Assembly: GCA_022600955.1 (NCBI GenBank)
Contig: JAHZJK010000024.1
Span: 122,003-186,002, forward strand
DNA from: Gammaproteobacteria bacterium
GTDB taxonomy: Bacteria; Pseudomonadota; Gammaproteobacteria; Steroidobacterales; Woeseiaceae
Reading direction: 5' to 3'
DNA length: 64,000 nucleotides
In this document: piece after piece, positions 1-10,127 of the stretch
Position numbering within the stretch: the first letter of the stretch is position 1
Layout: every line of letters starts with the position of its first letter
Position numbers and translations under genes: made by a program
Notes under the pieces: model-generated
Told to the model about the DNA's origin: nothing
The model's input: only the letters and a program-made list of their open reading frames with translations
Databases searched by the model: none

Positions 1-1506
1 TCTTTCTATTTTCGCGGCGAAGTACATGTCGTCAGCGACGAAGGTCTGAATGCTTACGGTGCGGTGACCTGGGGACAGTTTTTTGTCTACCAGGGATTCA
101 ATGAAAACACGGGCTGGATGCACACCTCGACGCGTCTCGATTTCATGGATGAATTTGTAGAGGATGTGTTCGAGGAAAACGGACAGTTGTTGTATCGCTA
201 CGGCGATGAGACGCGCGCCGTTGACGTGTCGGAAGTAACTCTCAAGTACAAAGACGGCGATACAATGTCGGAGCGAACGTTCCCGATGTTTCACACTCAT
301 CATGGTCCGGTTACTCATATGCTCGATGGACAGTGGGTGGCCACTAAGATCAACTGGGATCCCGTGAATGCCTTGCAACAGTCTTACATTCGCACCAAGC
401 AGACCGGCCATGACGGTTTTCGCGAGATGATGGATATACGCACCAACTCGTCGAACAACACTGTGTACGCGGATTCACAGGGAAACATTGCTTACTATCA
501 CGGCAACTTCGTGCCGCGACGAGATCCACGATTTGACTACTCGAAGCCGGTCGACGGCACGACACCGGCAACCGATTGGCAGGGCGTACACACTGTCGAC
601 GAGATCGTGACGATACTGAACCCTGAGAACGGCTGGATCCAGAATTGCAACTCGACGCCGTTTACAGCGGCCGCCGAGTTCAGTCCAAAGCGTGAGAATT
701 ATCCGGAGTATATGGCCCCCGATCCGGAGAACTTCCGCGGTATACATGCGGTGCGAGTATTGACCGACGTTTCGGACCTGACTCTGGACGGACTTATCGA
801 ACTCGCCTACGACCCGTACCTGCCAGGCTTTGAGCAGCTCATTCCGGGACTGGTGCAGGCGTTCGACGAGTCAGGTCAGGACTACCCGGAACTGGCCGAC
901 GAAATCGATGTGTTGCGCGGCTGGGACTTCAAGGTCTCGGCCGATTCTGTCGCAATGTCGCTGGCGCATTTCTACGCCACCCAGTTTCGCGCGCAGGGCA
1001 AGAATCCGGAAGGACTGGGCCGCGCTGATCTCATCACCTATTTTGCAAACAACTCACCTCACGAGGAACGACTGGACATCTTCAGCCAAGCAGTTGCCAA
1101 ACTCGAAGCCGACTTTGGAACGTCGAACACGGAGTGGGGTGAGATCAATCGTTTCCAGAGAATCAGCGGCGAAATCGAGCACCCCTTTGATGATGATCAA
1201 CCGAGTCTTCCGGTAGGCATGGCTTCCGGGCGTTGGGGCGCATTGGCCTCATTCGGCGCACGGCGCTATCAAGACACCAAGCGAATTTACGGGTCGTCCG
1301 GAAACAGCTTCGTTGCGGCGGTAGAGTTTGGCGATAAAGTTCGGGCAAAGACACTGCTGGCGGGTGGCCAGAGTGGTGACCCCGACTCGCCGCACTTTGA
1401 CGATCAGGCGCAACGCTACGTCGACCGTGAGTTTAAAGATGTCGCGTATTACAAAGAAGATGTCGAGCACCGCGCTCAGCGCTCGTACCGGCCTGGCGAG
1501 ACCTGA
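1..1506 (+). CDS. Penicillin/cephalosporin acylase family protein (Ntn-hydrolase, peptidase S45), C-terminal part; 5' end outside window
   Basis: Frame 1 is open from base 1 (track ORF 64..1506 begins at an internal GTG). Motifs NSSNNTVYADSQGNIAYYHGNF, GWIQNCNSTPF and LLAGGQSGDPDSPHFDDQ are typical of the penicillin amidase family. Confidence 0.85.
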   Translation, partial: SFYFRGEVHVVSDEGLNAYGAVTWGQFFVYQGFNENTGWMHTSTRLDFMDEFVEDVFEENGQLLYRYGDETRAVDVSEVTLKYKDGDTMSERTFPMFHTHHGPVTHMLDGQWVATKINWDPVNALQQSYIRTKQTGHDGFREMMDIRTNSSNNTVYADSQGNIAYYHGNFVPRRDPRFDYSKPVDGTTPATDWQGVHTVDEIVTILNPENGWIQNCNSTPFTAAAEFSPKRENYPEYMAPDPENFRGIHAVRVLTDVSDLTLDGLIELAYDPYLPGFEQLIPGLVQAFDESGQDYPELADEIDVLRGWDFKVSADSVAMSLAHFYATQFRAQGKNPEGLGRADLITYFANNSPHEERLDIFSQAVAKLEADFGTSNTEWGEINRFQRISGEIEHPFDDDQPSLPVGMASGRWGALASFGARRYQDTKRIYGSSGNSFVAAVEFGDKVRAKTLLAGGQSGDPDSPHFDDQAQRYVDREFKDVAYYKEDVEHRAQRSYRPGET

Positions 1507-1536
1507 TTTAACAAAGCCTGAAAAGAATAGAAACCT

Positions 1537-2346
1537 ATGCCAAGTTTATTTTGTCGCCTGTCACTTATTGTCGTGTTCGCAATATGCGCAGGCCTCGTTG
1601 CCAGTGCTACCAGCGTTGCCGAAACAAATCCAGATGGTCGCCTGTACCAGCCGTCGGATGATGTTCTTGCGGACATACAACAGGCGATTAGTCGTGCTGA
1701 CGATGGTGATCGACTCGCACTTGTCGTGCTCGGTGCGAACTGGTGCCACGACTCACGAGCGTTAGCGTCACGGCTGCATCAATCGCCGCTGGCTGAATTG
1801 ATTCAACAACAGTACGAACTGGTTTTCGTTGACGTCGAATATTACGAACTAGACAGAAAGGTGCTGCAGCAATTCGGTGTAGCCCACTACTATGCAACGC
1901 CGACAGTGCTTATCGTTGATCCATCGAGTGGGCAGGTCGTCAATAATGAAGATCGCCACCTTTGGGGCAATGCCTATAGCATTGACATGGCCTCGTCTGT
2001 TCAATACTTCCAGAAATGGGCGGCGAACGAAATCGCCAAAGAACCTGCGAAGGATTCCAGCCAGCTTCTGCAACTCTACGCGCAGATCGATCGGTTTGAA
2101 CAACAACTGGCGAAGCGATTAGTCGGCGGCTATGCAGCTGTGGGTCCGATGCTGCAAGCAAGCGTTGAGGGTAATGAGCCGGAGGATTTCGACGCGAGTT
2201 GGGATGAGTTACGCGACTTCAGGGCGGCCATTCCGAACGCGACTCGCGACCTGCGAGACGAAGCTCAGCGACGCGTGTCCGATGGGGAACAAGACATCAT
2301 TTTGCTGTTTTCGGAGTTCCCGCTATTGTCCTGGGAGAAAGAGTAA
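1537..2346 (+). CDS. Secreted thioredoxin-fold protein
   Basis: ATG at 1537. Hydrophobic signal-like N-terminus (LSLIVVFAICAGLVASA). LVVLGANWCHDSRAL resembles a thioredoxin-fold active-site strand (W-C-x-x-S). C-terminal half is helical and unassigned. Confidence 0.6.
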   Translation: MPSLFCRLSLIVVFAICAGLVASATSVAETNPDGRLYQPSDDVLADIQQAISRADDGDRLALVVLGANWCHDSRALASRLHQSPLAELIQQQYELVFVDVEYYELDRKVLQQFGVAHYYATPTVLIVDPSSGQVVNNEDRHLWGNAYSIDMASSVQYFQKWAANEIAKEPAKDSSQLLQLYAQIDRFEQQLAKRLVGGYAAVGPMLQASVEGNEPEDFDASWDELRDFRAAIPNATRDLRDEAQRRVSDGEQDIILLFSEFPLLSWEKE

Positions 2347-2353
2347 GCCGGAT

Positions 2354-3019
2354 TCAATCAGATAATTTTTGGCAAAATTTTCTCGCCGCTGGACAATTCA
2401 GGTCGATATGAGATGTTTCTTCACCTATCGCAAACCAGATGAATCGATATTCGCATTGGTGCGAGTACGATTGATGCTTCAAAAAAAGTGAATCCCTTAT
2501 TTGTATGCCCGCGAATCTATCACAGTCTTTTGCCCATTCCTCAGGGTCATCATTACTGTCTGGTGGCTTGACCGAGTAATCCAGAGTTTTCCTAACGACC
2601 AGGTTATCCCGATAACTACATAATCCTTGCATGCCGCCAACGAAACCAGGGATCTTCATCGAAATGGCTTCCGCAAATCGAAGAGAATCAGTAATGCGAA
2701 ACCCACTTGCTGTCTCGAAGCTTGCTTCCAGGGTTTTGCTTTCTACTGTGCTGGTGCACAGAACATAAGCTTCCTGGCCGTTGAGCCCGGCAATCGTATG
2801 AGTTCCGTTGGGTGTTTCAATATGAACATTTGCGTGCCCTTCTCGTTGGTCCCCCCGTTGTTCGTCTTTGTGACCTCTGAACGACTTGAATGACGACAGA
2901 CGGAGTACGCCATCAGAAAAAAACTGATCCACGTATTCTTGGTCAAGATATCGGACCAATGAGGGCGTTCGTATCTCCCATGGCCTCGAAAATTGAGTTG
3001 TTATCACGTGCGCAATCAC
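2354..3019 (-). CDS. Hypothetical protein in a low-GC islet (possibly DUF2971-like)
   Basis: 221-aa ORF with no competing ORF. Visibly more AT-rich than its neighbours. The N-terminal pattern LVRYLDQEYVDQFFSDGVLRLSSFKSF...D..EG loosely recalls DUF2971-type proteins; not verifiable without an HMM search. Confidence 0.55.
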   Translation of the reverse strand: MIAHVITTQFSRPWEIRTPSLVRYLDQEYVDQFFSDGVLRLSSFKSFRGHKDEQRGDQREGHANVHIETPNGTHTIAGLNGQEAYVLCTSTVESKTLEASFETASGFRITDSLRFAEAISMKIPGFVGGMQGLCSYRDNLVVRKTLDYSVKPPDSNDDPEEWAKDCDRFAGIQIRDSLFLKHQSYSHQCEYRFIWFAIGEETSHIDLNCPAARKFCQKLSD

Positions 3020-3286
3020 CGTCGGATTTAGTAGTTGGCATCGAAGATGCTGGCCTGGGTTGGTCTAGCTAACGCAACGAGTCAATAGCAGATTCGTTCC
3101 TAACAATTGTGCCACAAAGCGGGTGGCGTATTTTCCCGAAAGCCATCTCGGGCGAGGAAGTCAGTTGGCTGGTTGCTGCAAATACTGGGGGTTCCAGTCC
3201 GCCCCTGGCCACGCGACATTGGTCGCTACTGTCGGCAGGCGATATCGAACTACCGGCCAGTGTGCTTCCCCGGTATCCTGACTGCG

Positions 3287-4822
3287 ATGAGCAAGCCGAA
3301 AATTCTGCTGGCGGGTGCCGGTATCAACGGACTCGTTGCCGCCAACTACTTGCAACGTGCGGGATGCGACGTGACGATGGTTGAACGCGCCGAGCGCGTG
3401 GGCGGCGCCTGCGTTTCGGGCGTTACAGCGGTCGACGGCGTGCGTCAGCATTACGCGCTGGGTGCCTCGGTACTCGGTCTCATGCAGGACTTCGTGTTCG
3501 AACAAACCGGTCTGTCGAGTCGTCTGCAGGCGTTCGTACCCGAACACCCGAAACTCGTCTTCTTTCCCGGCGACACGGAGCCAACCTGGATTTTCCGCAA
3601 TCCTGCCGATCTCGATCGCGAACTGGCGAAAAAATGGGGTGAGCGCGGTGAGGTTGAGGCATTTCGTGTCGATGAGGCGAAGGTCATACGTTTCCTGCAG
3701 GACGGCTATGTTAATGCGCAGCCACCGACAATAGCCGGTGCGAAATCGGTCCTCGGTGAAACGCTGACAGAATTGTGGGTTACAGGGAGCGCGAAAAACC
3801 TCATCGATCACTACTTCACGAGTGAGCGCAGCAAGATGTACATGGCGATGACCGTTACCGAAAGCGGCCCGGTCTCGCTGAGCGACCCGTACTCTGCGTT
3901 CACGCTGCCGCTGATGGACTCGGGTTCGATCTTCGGCGGCTACTACGGGTTCATCAAAGGAGGCATCTGGCAAATCACCGAGGAGCTCGGCCGGATCAAC
4001 GCGGACCTGGGCGTCACAACCCACTTGTCGAGCGAACTTGTCGACGTTGATCCGGGCAGGGGGCGTGCAACGTTCAACCGCGAGGCCAGGGCACACCACG
4101 TCGATTTTGACTATCTCGTATTCGGTACGGACCCTCTAACGGCAACTCGTTTACTCGGCAATACCGAGTTGCTCGAAAAAACCGAGAAGCAAAGGTTTCG
4201 CGGCAGCAGTGGAAAACTGAACCTGATGTTCCGGCAGCCCGTGCAATGGAAACACGGATCTGAGGCGAGTGATTCAGATGCTGCTTTCCGGTTTATCTTC
4301 TCGGTGTCCGGAATTGATGAATACGAGCAGGCGACGCTCAAAGTTATGGACACCGACGTCGACTATGCGCCCGGGTACATGCAGGTCTATTGCGAAGGTG
4401 CGGCGATGCGGCAACTCCGACACGATGAGCCCTTTGATCGGCTGGCGGTATTTTTTAAGAATCTGTCGCTTGGCAGGACCGGTGCCGAGTTGACCAGGGT
4501 CGAGCAGCAGGTAAAGGACACGTTATTCAAGTACATCCAGAATCCGGAAGATTGTGTCTGGACACGCCTGTTGATGCCCAAAGACTTGCAGGAACTGTTT
4601 CTGTTTCCGGGCGGTAACCTTGACCACACGATGGTAACCGGCGGGCAGACTTACTTCGACCGCAACTATGCCGACGATCCGGCGACGAGTTTCTATCGTT
4701 TCGGCAGCTTCGAGAATGTGTATCTCTGCGGATCCGGTGCCTACCCCTGCGGCTCGGTCACAGGCACTCCCGGATACATGTGCAGCCAGCAGCTGTTGCG
4801 TGATGCCGGACTTGTTCAGTAG
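3287..4822 (+). CDS. FAD/NAD(P)-binding oxidoreductase (phytoene desaturase / amine oxidase superfamily)
   Basis: The track ORF starts at 3107, but the Rossmann motif follows directly after ATG 3287 (MSKPKILLAGAGINGLVAANYLQRAGCDVTMVERAERVGG). Length is about 511 aa. Confidence 0.85.
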   Translation: MSKPKILLAGAGINGLVAANYLQRAGCDVTMVERAERVGGACVSGVTAVDGVRQHYALGASVLGLMQDFVFEQTGLSSRLQAFVPEHPKLVFFPGDTEPTWIFRNPADLDRELAKKWGERGEVEAFRVDEAKVIRFLQDGYVNAQPPTIAGAKSVLGETLTELWVTGSAKNLIDHYFTSERSKMYMAMTVTESGPVSLSDPYSAFTLPLMDSGSIFGGYYGFIKGGIWQITEELGRINADLGVTTHLSSELVDVDPGRGRATFNREARAHHVDFDYLVFGTDPLTATRLLGNTELLEKTEKQRFRGSSGKLNLMFRQPVQWKHGSEASDSDAAFRFIFSVSGIDEYEQATLKVMDTDVDYAPGYMQVYCEGAAMRQLRHDEPFDRLAVFFKNLSLGRTGAELTRVEQQVKDTLFKYIQNPEDCVWTRLLMPKDLQELFLFPGGNLDHTMVTGGQTYFDRNYADDPATSFYRFGSFENVYLCGSGAYPCGSVTGTPGYMCSQQLLRDAGLVQ

Positions 4823-4828
4823 CGGCAG

Positions 4829-6121
4829 TCATCGGCGCGTGAGGTAGCGATACACTGGCCAGGATACGGCGACCATCGCCACTGCGTACAACGCTGTCTC
4901 CCGTTCGACGTACGCTTGGAACAAGGTAATAATCGTCCATCCTGTCAGGCACACAATCGTGCTGTAAGGATGACCCCATGCACGGTAGGGACGCTCGCCA
5001 TCAGGTTCGCGTTTGCGCAGGATGAGAACACCGATAATCATTGCCAGGTAGAGCGGTACAAAAAAGAACACACAAAGCAGTAACAAGAATTCAAATCCAC
5101 CCACCAGAATCAGACCAACGGAAAGCAGCCAGGTGATCACGACGGCACCCACAGGGTTACCACCCTTGCTGATCTTTCGCGCTCGCTGTGTTGCCAGGCC
5201 GTCCGTCGCAAGCGCCTGAAGAATCCGCGGCCCACCCATGTATTCCAGGTTCTGGTGACTCAGCAAGATGAGGATGGCGGCGATAACGACTACGCTCCCC
5301 GCGGCCGGGAAGTTAGCCAGTTCAAATGCGCGAGCCATGGCCAGATCGCTATCCGCAAGTGCCGCTAAACTCGTGCTTTTTACGAGTGCGGCATTGAGCA
5401 ACATATACAATGCGATCACGACAACCACGCCCTTGATACAGGAACGCGCCGCAGCACCGGCGCCACCCTTGATCTCGCCACTGAAATAGGACGCGTAAAG
5501 CCATCCGTCGTATGTGAATATGATGGTTGCAATCACCAGGCTCCAGTCGCTGAGCGCATTGTTGCCTGGCACCACGTCCATAACCCCGGCTGGCGGCGAT
5601 TCGACAAAAAACAGCACCAGTGACATGACAACAATGCCCAGTCCGATCAAAGATGTTGCGGATTCCTGAATCAACGCGCCCAGACGGATTCCGCGCAGCT
5701 GTATAGCGGCAAACACGGTTGTCACGACGACAGCAAGCTGCGTGCGCCACTCTGCCGTTTCAGGAAAGAGAATCGCGACAAACTCCATGATAACCACGGC
5801 CTTCAGGGCGAGATCAGCAGCGAAGCTCAGCCAGTCAGCCCAGCCGATAACAAAACCGGCGTAAGGGCCATAGGCGCGACGAACGAGTGTGTATGCGCCG
5901 CCTGAGCGCGGTGTTGTGCCGAGCAACTCGGCGACGACGGCGGTACTCAATAACACGAACAGACCGCCAACTAACCAGAGTGCGAGATACAGATACGGTT
6001 CGGTTACGACCGTGGCAATTTCCCCGGGGCCGCGCAGTATACCGAGGCCGACAACTCCGCCAACGACAACGGCAAGCACGAATCTGGCAGGTAGTGTCTG
6101 TGTCAAACCTTGTTCCGTCAT
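4829..6121 (-). CDS. APC-family amino acid permease
   Basis: Multiple hydrophobic helices. Signature TPRSGGAYTLVRRAYGPYAGFVIGWADWL. Likely start is MTEQG at 6121 rather than the track start 6181. Confidence 0.85.
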   Translation of the reverse strand: MTEQGLTQTLPARFVLAVVVGGVVGLGILRGPGEIATVVTEPYLYLALWLVGGLFVLLSTAVVAELLGTTPRSGGAYTLVRRAYGPYAGFVIGWADWLSFAADLALKAVVIMEFVAILFPETAEWRTQLAVVVTTVFAAIQLRGIRLGALIQESATSLIGLGIVVMSLVLFFVESPPAGVMDVVPGNNALSDWSLVIATIIFTYDGWLYASYFSGEIKGGAGAAARSCIKGVVVVIALYMLLNAALVKSTSLAALADSDLAMARAFELANFPAAGSVVVIAAILILLSHQNLEYMGGPRILQALATDGLATQRARKISKGGNPVGAVVITWLLSVGLILVGGFEFLLLLCVFFFVPLYLAMIIGVLILRKREPDGERPYRAWGHPYSTIVCLTGWTIITLFQAYVERETALYAVAMVAVSWPVYRYLTRR

Positions 6122-6254
6122 AGTGCGGTCGGTGGCTCTGTTGCTTATGACGAGCTTAAGCCACAATGTGCGCCGAACCAAGGCGTATTCGTATCTGCGG
6201 ACAGGACGAACTCACAGGGTTTGATTGAAAGGACAATCCTGGCGTGTGTAGAGC

Positions 6255-6710
6255 CTATCCTTCGCAGGCGTTCTTGAATGCTTCTTCAAATACACCGACC
6301 CAACCCTGGTCATAGCCGTTGCGCATTGCTTCCGCTTTGTCGCCGAACGCTTCCCAACGAGAATGAGTCAGGTCAATCCTGGTGGTCTTCGAGTCAATCG
6401 CGATAAAATTCACGTCCACTTCGCTTGCATTTTCAGCCGGCAAACCGATATGCCAATCGATTGTCAGTTGTGCATGCGGATCGAATCGCGTCACTGAGCC
6501 CCAGGTGTGATGAGTATCATCATGGCCAATTTCGTACACTTCGCCGCCCGTTCTAGGCTCTATGACAACTTTCTTGGCAACCTCGCCATCCATGGCTGAA
6601 ACCGAATTCCTGGCCAATGGCCACCAGGTTGTCACTTCATTTACGAAAACCGTAAACGCATGTTCCTGACCGCACGGCACTTCGATGCTTTTCCTGATTG
6701 GACTCAACAT
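6255..6710 (-). CDS. SRPBCC (AHSA1/START-like) domain protein
   Basis: 151 aa. N-terminus IRKSIEVPCGQEHAFTVFVNEVTTWWPL is typical of Aha1-like SRPBCC proteins. Lies 5 nt downstream of an ArsR gene, a common pairing. Confidence 0.8.
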   Translation of the reverse strand: MLSPIRKSIEVPCGQEHAFTVFVNEVTTWWPLARNSVSAMDGEVAKKVVIEPRTGGEVYEIGHDDTHHTWGSVTRFDPHAQLTIDWHIGLPAENASEVDVNFIAIDSKTTRIDLTHSRWEAFGDKAEAMRNGYDQGWVGVFEEAFKNACEG

Positions 6711-6715
6711 TGCAA

Positions 6716-7024
6716 TTATCTCCTGGATCTACGTTCAATTTCGTCGCTATAGGCGGTCAACGTATCGGACCAGAAACTCTCCAGATACTGTCGCAACTCA
6801 AGAAGCCCTTCTCGCCTGATAGAATAGAACCGCCGGGTTCCTTTGGGCACGACATCGACGAGGCCTGCATCCTGCAGTACTTTCAAATGCTGCGAAACGG
6901 CCGGTCGGCTTACCGGCTGGCGATCGCTTAGCTCGGCCACCGAACGCGGCGCTTCACGCAGAGCCTCAAAAATGCTGCGCCGGGTGCTGTCAGCCATCGC
7001 TGTGAATACAAGATCGTAAGTCAT
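6716..7024 (-). CDS. ArsR/SmtB-family transcriptional regulator
   Basis: 102 aa with a winged HTH: RRSIFEALREAPRSVAELSDRQPVSRPAVSQHLKVLQDAGLV. Confidence 0.9.
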   Translation of the reverse strand: MTYDLVFTAMADSTRRSIFEALREAPRSVAELSDRQPVSRPAVSQHLKVLQDAGLVDVVPKGTRRFYSIRREGLLELRQYLESFWSDTLTAYSDEIERRSRR

Positions 7025-7030
7025 GACTTA

Positions 7031-7050
7031 CCGTAAGTGAATACTTACGG
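7031..7050. promoter_or_regulatory. Perfect 8-bp inverted repeat just upstream of the arsR-like start; candidate ArsR operator
   Basis: CCGTAAGT-gaat-ACTTACGG lies 7 nt upstream of the ATG at 7024 (minus strand). ArsR/SmtB repressors typically autoregulate via inverted repeats overlapping their promoter. Confidence 0.4.
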
Positions 7051-7131
7051 ATTGTCAACTCCTCGATGGCACGCATCGATCGTTCGATTTACCGAGAACC
7101 AGCTAAAGGGCTGATTCTCGCCCTTCGATCG

Positions 7132-9882
7132 CTACTGAAACAGCGCCGTAATCGTCCGATCACTGGTCATCGTTATCTCACATTGATTGTTTGCCGGTAC
7201 CACGGTGTCGCACTCATCTGTTGACCAGCCCGCGAAGGTCCCCGGCGCCAGCGGATTAGCGCGTGCGTCAATTACAGTTCCTTCAGGAAGGTTGAACACG
7301 TAACACTCATCGCCGTCACAATCATTCTGGTTGGGTAATGTCACAGCGGGTGGCGTAACGGTAACCTGGCCCGAGCCGGTGAGTCGCACAGTCAGTGTAT
7401 ACAACTGCGTGACATCACTGACCGTCACCGTCTGAATCAGCTCATCAAAAGACATACTCGTATCAGTGACGCGCAGGCGAATGTCAGTACTGCCCACACC
7501 CGGTGGCGTGTAGGTCACGATTTCGCCACTCGCGTCAAAGACCCCATCGTTTCCGAAGTCCCAGTCCCAGGACGCGATTCCGATATCGTCGCTACTACTG
7601 CTGGCATCGAATGTCAGCTCAGTACCGGGCGTTGCAATGCCGGCTGGCGATATCAAAAATGCCGCGGTCGGTGGCGTATCGGATGAGTTGATGGCCTGGA
7701 CAACGCTTGTCTGCGTATCACTCAAGCCACCATCATCGGTCACGGTCAGGCTCACCGGATAGTCACCCGCCGTCGAGAAGCTGAAAGTGGCAGCTGGGCC
7801 CGTCGCATCGGTCATTCCATCGTTGTCGAAGTCCCACTCGTATAGAACGATGCTGCCATCCGGGTCGCTGCTCTGGCCGGCGTCGAACATGATGTTCCGG
7901 AAGACCTCAACCGGCGACGCGGGGCTGTAGGTAAATGTCGCAATCGGTGGAAGGTTGTCGGCCGGCGCACTAAATGTTGCCGGACAATACTGATGATCAT
8001 CCATCGTCAACGACCACGGCAATGCCGTGTTTTGCGAACCGTCGGGATTGCTGCAGTCGCCGTCAAAACCAAGGAAATTGCTCGCCTGCGCGCTGGCATC
8101 CAACGTAACGCTGTCACCGGGCATGAACACGTCATCGCAATTCATGCCGCAATCGATTGTTCCCGGCGCGCTATTGATCCGACCACCATTGTCGCTGCTG
8201 ACGGTCAGAATCGAACAGTTGGCGGAGCCGAGTCCTGGCACGGGGTAGGGCGTCGCTCGACTGGTGTTTGTGCCCAAGTCTCGTCCCAGCCGGCCATCCT
8301 CGGCAGCGCCCCACGCCCAGATTGCGCCACAGGTTCCTTCGCGCTGGACAAACAGACCGTGGCCCGCACCTAATGCCACTTCGGTCGGGGTCACCGGAAA
8401 GTTGGGCGCGCCCGCCTGGCGTGCAAAGTCGGGCGCGGTCAGGGTGAGCTGACCCTGATCATTATTGCCGGCGACGGAATGATAAATATTGCCGTTGTTA
8501 TCACGGCGAACAATAATGACAGACTGCGAATAGATGCTGGCAACGACGCCGACAGCATCGAATATGCCTTCTACTGGTTGTACATTGGGCTCCACGAACC
8601 CGGGGCCGCTCACGAGAAGCAGGTCGTCGTTACGTCCGAAAAACAGAACGCGGCCGCCACTGGCGACGAGAAACGACATATCCTCACTCGCGGCGATATC
8701 AACGGCGGGCCCGTATATTCCCACGCCGTACGACAAGAATTCGGGCAGTCGTATCTCAAAATCATCAGAGCGTACCCCGCCCAGACGTCCGAAGCGGCTC
8801 TGGCCCCAGACATACACGGTACCGCTTGAATTCAGCGCCAACGCATGTTCAATGCCCGCAGCGACTTTGACCACGTTATCGACCGGTATGCGTGTTGGTG
8901 TATCAATGATGCTCAAGTCCGCGAGGCCCAGAACGCCGCCCTGGTTATTCCCCCAACCGTACAACTCCAAGTCGGTTGTGATAGCAAACGACGCTTCGTA
9001 GCCAGCAAAAACATCAAAGGCATTGTCGATTTCCAAAACGATATCGGGATCGCCGCTCGTCCGACCAGGCCCGAGCTGCCCGCTCGTTCGAGAGCCCCAG
9101 GAGTAGAGCCGACCGCTGGTGGATACCGCCAGCGAGTGATTGCGTCCGGCAGACAGGTCGCGGATGGGATCGACAATATCGACTGGCACGGGGGCAGAGC
9201 TTGCCGTGCTGGTCAAGTCATCAAGCTGGTTAAAGTCGTTATTGCCCCATGCCCACACCCGGCCATCTGATGAGAGAGCGAGGGAATGCGATTCGCCGGC
9301 ACTAATCCGAAAGGGAGTGGCGGCGGTCGGCATGGTTGATGTTCGAATGCGCTCGATCGGTAGTAACCTGTCAAGTTCGTCGAAGTCTGCGTCGCTGTCG
9401 CCGCCTTCTACGCTTACCTCAAACCGAATCGACGACTCGGCAACATCCGCAGCCGGATTCAGCCGAACCCTGTAGAGTTGCGTAACTTCCTTCGTAGCCA
9501 GACCGGACAGCCTGGGCCCATCAGTCGATGTCGGGCCATCATCATTTTCGTTGAACTTTTGCAGCTGAACACCGCTGTTTATGCGCTCTGACAATGTCCC
9601 GATGATGTTTGTCAACAAAGACTGGTTTGGTGCTGCGAGGATGTACTTGACACTTATCTCGACCCACTCACCGCGCGGCAATGAGAGGCGGTCAATAGTA
9701 ACGTCACCCGTGTCGGTTCGTTGCTCAAAACCGATCGAGATAATTGAGACTGTCCTGGGGGACTCTGTCGAGGAACCAAAAATAATGTCACATCCGCCGA
9801 GTGGCACAAGGACGGCGAGTGTGAGCATAGCTCGGATAGCAACGATTGCTGCTCGACATTGATAGTGACGTGATGATTGCAT
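7132..9882 (-). CDS. Large lipoprotein with RCC1-like beta-propeller repeats and two PKD-like domains
   Basis: Lipobox-like VPLGGC near the N-terminus (alternative start 9828). Repeats HSLALSSDGRVWAWGNNDFNQL, NHSLAVSTSGRLYSWGSRTSGQLG, EHALALNSSGTVYVWGQSRFGRLG. PKD-like FDAGQSSDPDGSIVLYEWDFDNDG and FDASSSSDDIGIASWDWDFGNDG. Confidence 0.85.
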   Translation of the reverse strand: MQSSRHYQCRAAIVAIRAMLTLAVLVPLGGCDIIFGSSTESPRTVSIISIGFEQRTDTGDVTIDRLSLPRGEWVEISVKYILAAPNQSLLTNIIGTLSERINSGVQLQKFNENDDGPTSTDGPRLSGLATKEVTQLYRVRLNPAADVAESSIRFEVSVEGGDSDADFDELDRLLPIERIRTSTMPTAATPFRISAGESHSLALSSDGRVWAWGNNDFNQLDDLTSTASSAPVPVDIVDPIRDLSAGRNHSLAVSTSGRLYSWGSRTSGQLGPGRTSGDPDIVLEIDNAFDVFAGYEASFAITTDLELYGWGNNQGGVLGLADLSIIDTPTRIPVDNVVKVAAGIEHALALNSSGTVYVWGQSRFGRLGGVRSDDFEIRLPEFLSYGVGIYGPAVDIAASEDMSFLVASGGRVLFFGRNDDLLLVSGPGFVEPNVQPVEGIFDAVGVVASIYSQSVIIVRRDNNGNIYHSVAGNNDQGQLTLTAPDFARQAGAPNFPVTPTEVALGAGHGLFVQREGTCGAIWAWGAAEDGRLGRDLGTNTSRATPYPVPGLGSANCSILTVSSDNGGRINSAPGTIDCGMNCDDVFMPGDSVTLDASAQASNFLGFDGDCSNPDGSQNTALPWSLTMDDHQYCPATFSAPADNLPPIATFTYSPASPVEVFRNIMFDAGQSSDPDGSIVLYEWDFDNDGMTDATGPAATFSFSTAGDYPVSLTVTDDGGLSDTQTSVVQAINSSDTPPTAAFLISPAGIATPGTELTFDASSSSDDIGIASWDWDFGNDGVFDASGEIVTYTPPGVGSTDIRLRVTDTSMSFDELIQTVTVSDVTQLYTLTVRLTGSGQVTVTPPAVTLPNQNDCDGDECYVFNLPEGTVIDARANPLAPGTFAGWSTDECDTVVPANNQCEITMTSDRTITALFQ

Positions 9883-10127
9883 TGATCCGACTCTCCAGAC
9901 GACGCGCGCTGCGCTGGTTAATGGCTACGCTGCAACGAAGCCCCTTCAGTCAGTAACGAGCGGGCCCCGGAAAGTGGCTTAAACCATTTTGCGAGCCCCA
10001 ATCGTTATGTCATGACGAGCGAACTTATCGCCGACTTTTGGAGGAATTCTTGGACGATGCCGGCCATCTGATACGCAGGGGCAGAAACAGCCGCATTGCT
10101 GATATGCCATGGAGGCCGCTGCTTGTT

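Noticed and set aside
3161-4099. 312-aa minus-strand ORF.
   Set aside because: Entirely antisense to the FAD oxidoreductase gene. Arg/Ala/Pro-rich low-complexity translation typical of GC-rich antisense frames, with no motifs.
7106-7125. AAGGGC-N8-GCCCTT hairpin downstream of the RCC1/PKD gene as a terminator.
   Set aside because: The stem is only 6 bp and no U-tract follows on the minus strand. It is too weak to call.
9981-10006. Possible autoregulated ECF promoter (AAACC-N17-CGTT) upstream of the sigma factor gene.
   Set aside because: The match is short and degenerate. ECF promoter motifs are group-specific and I cannot assign the group without a search. It is kept only as a place to look.
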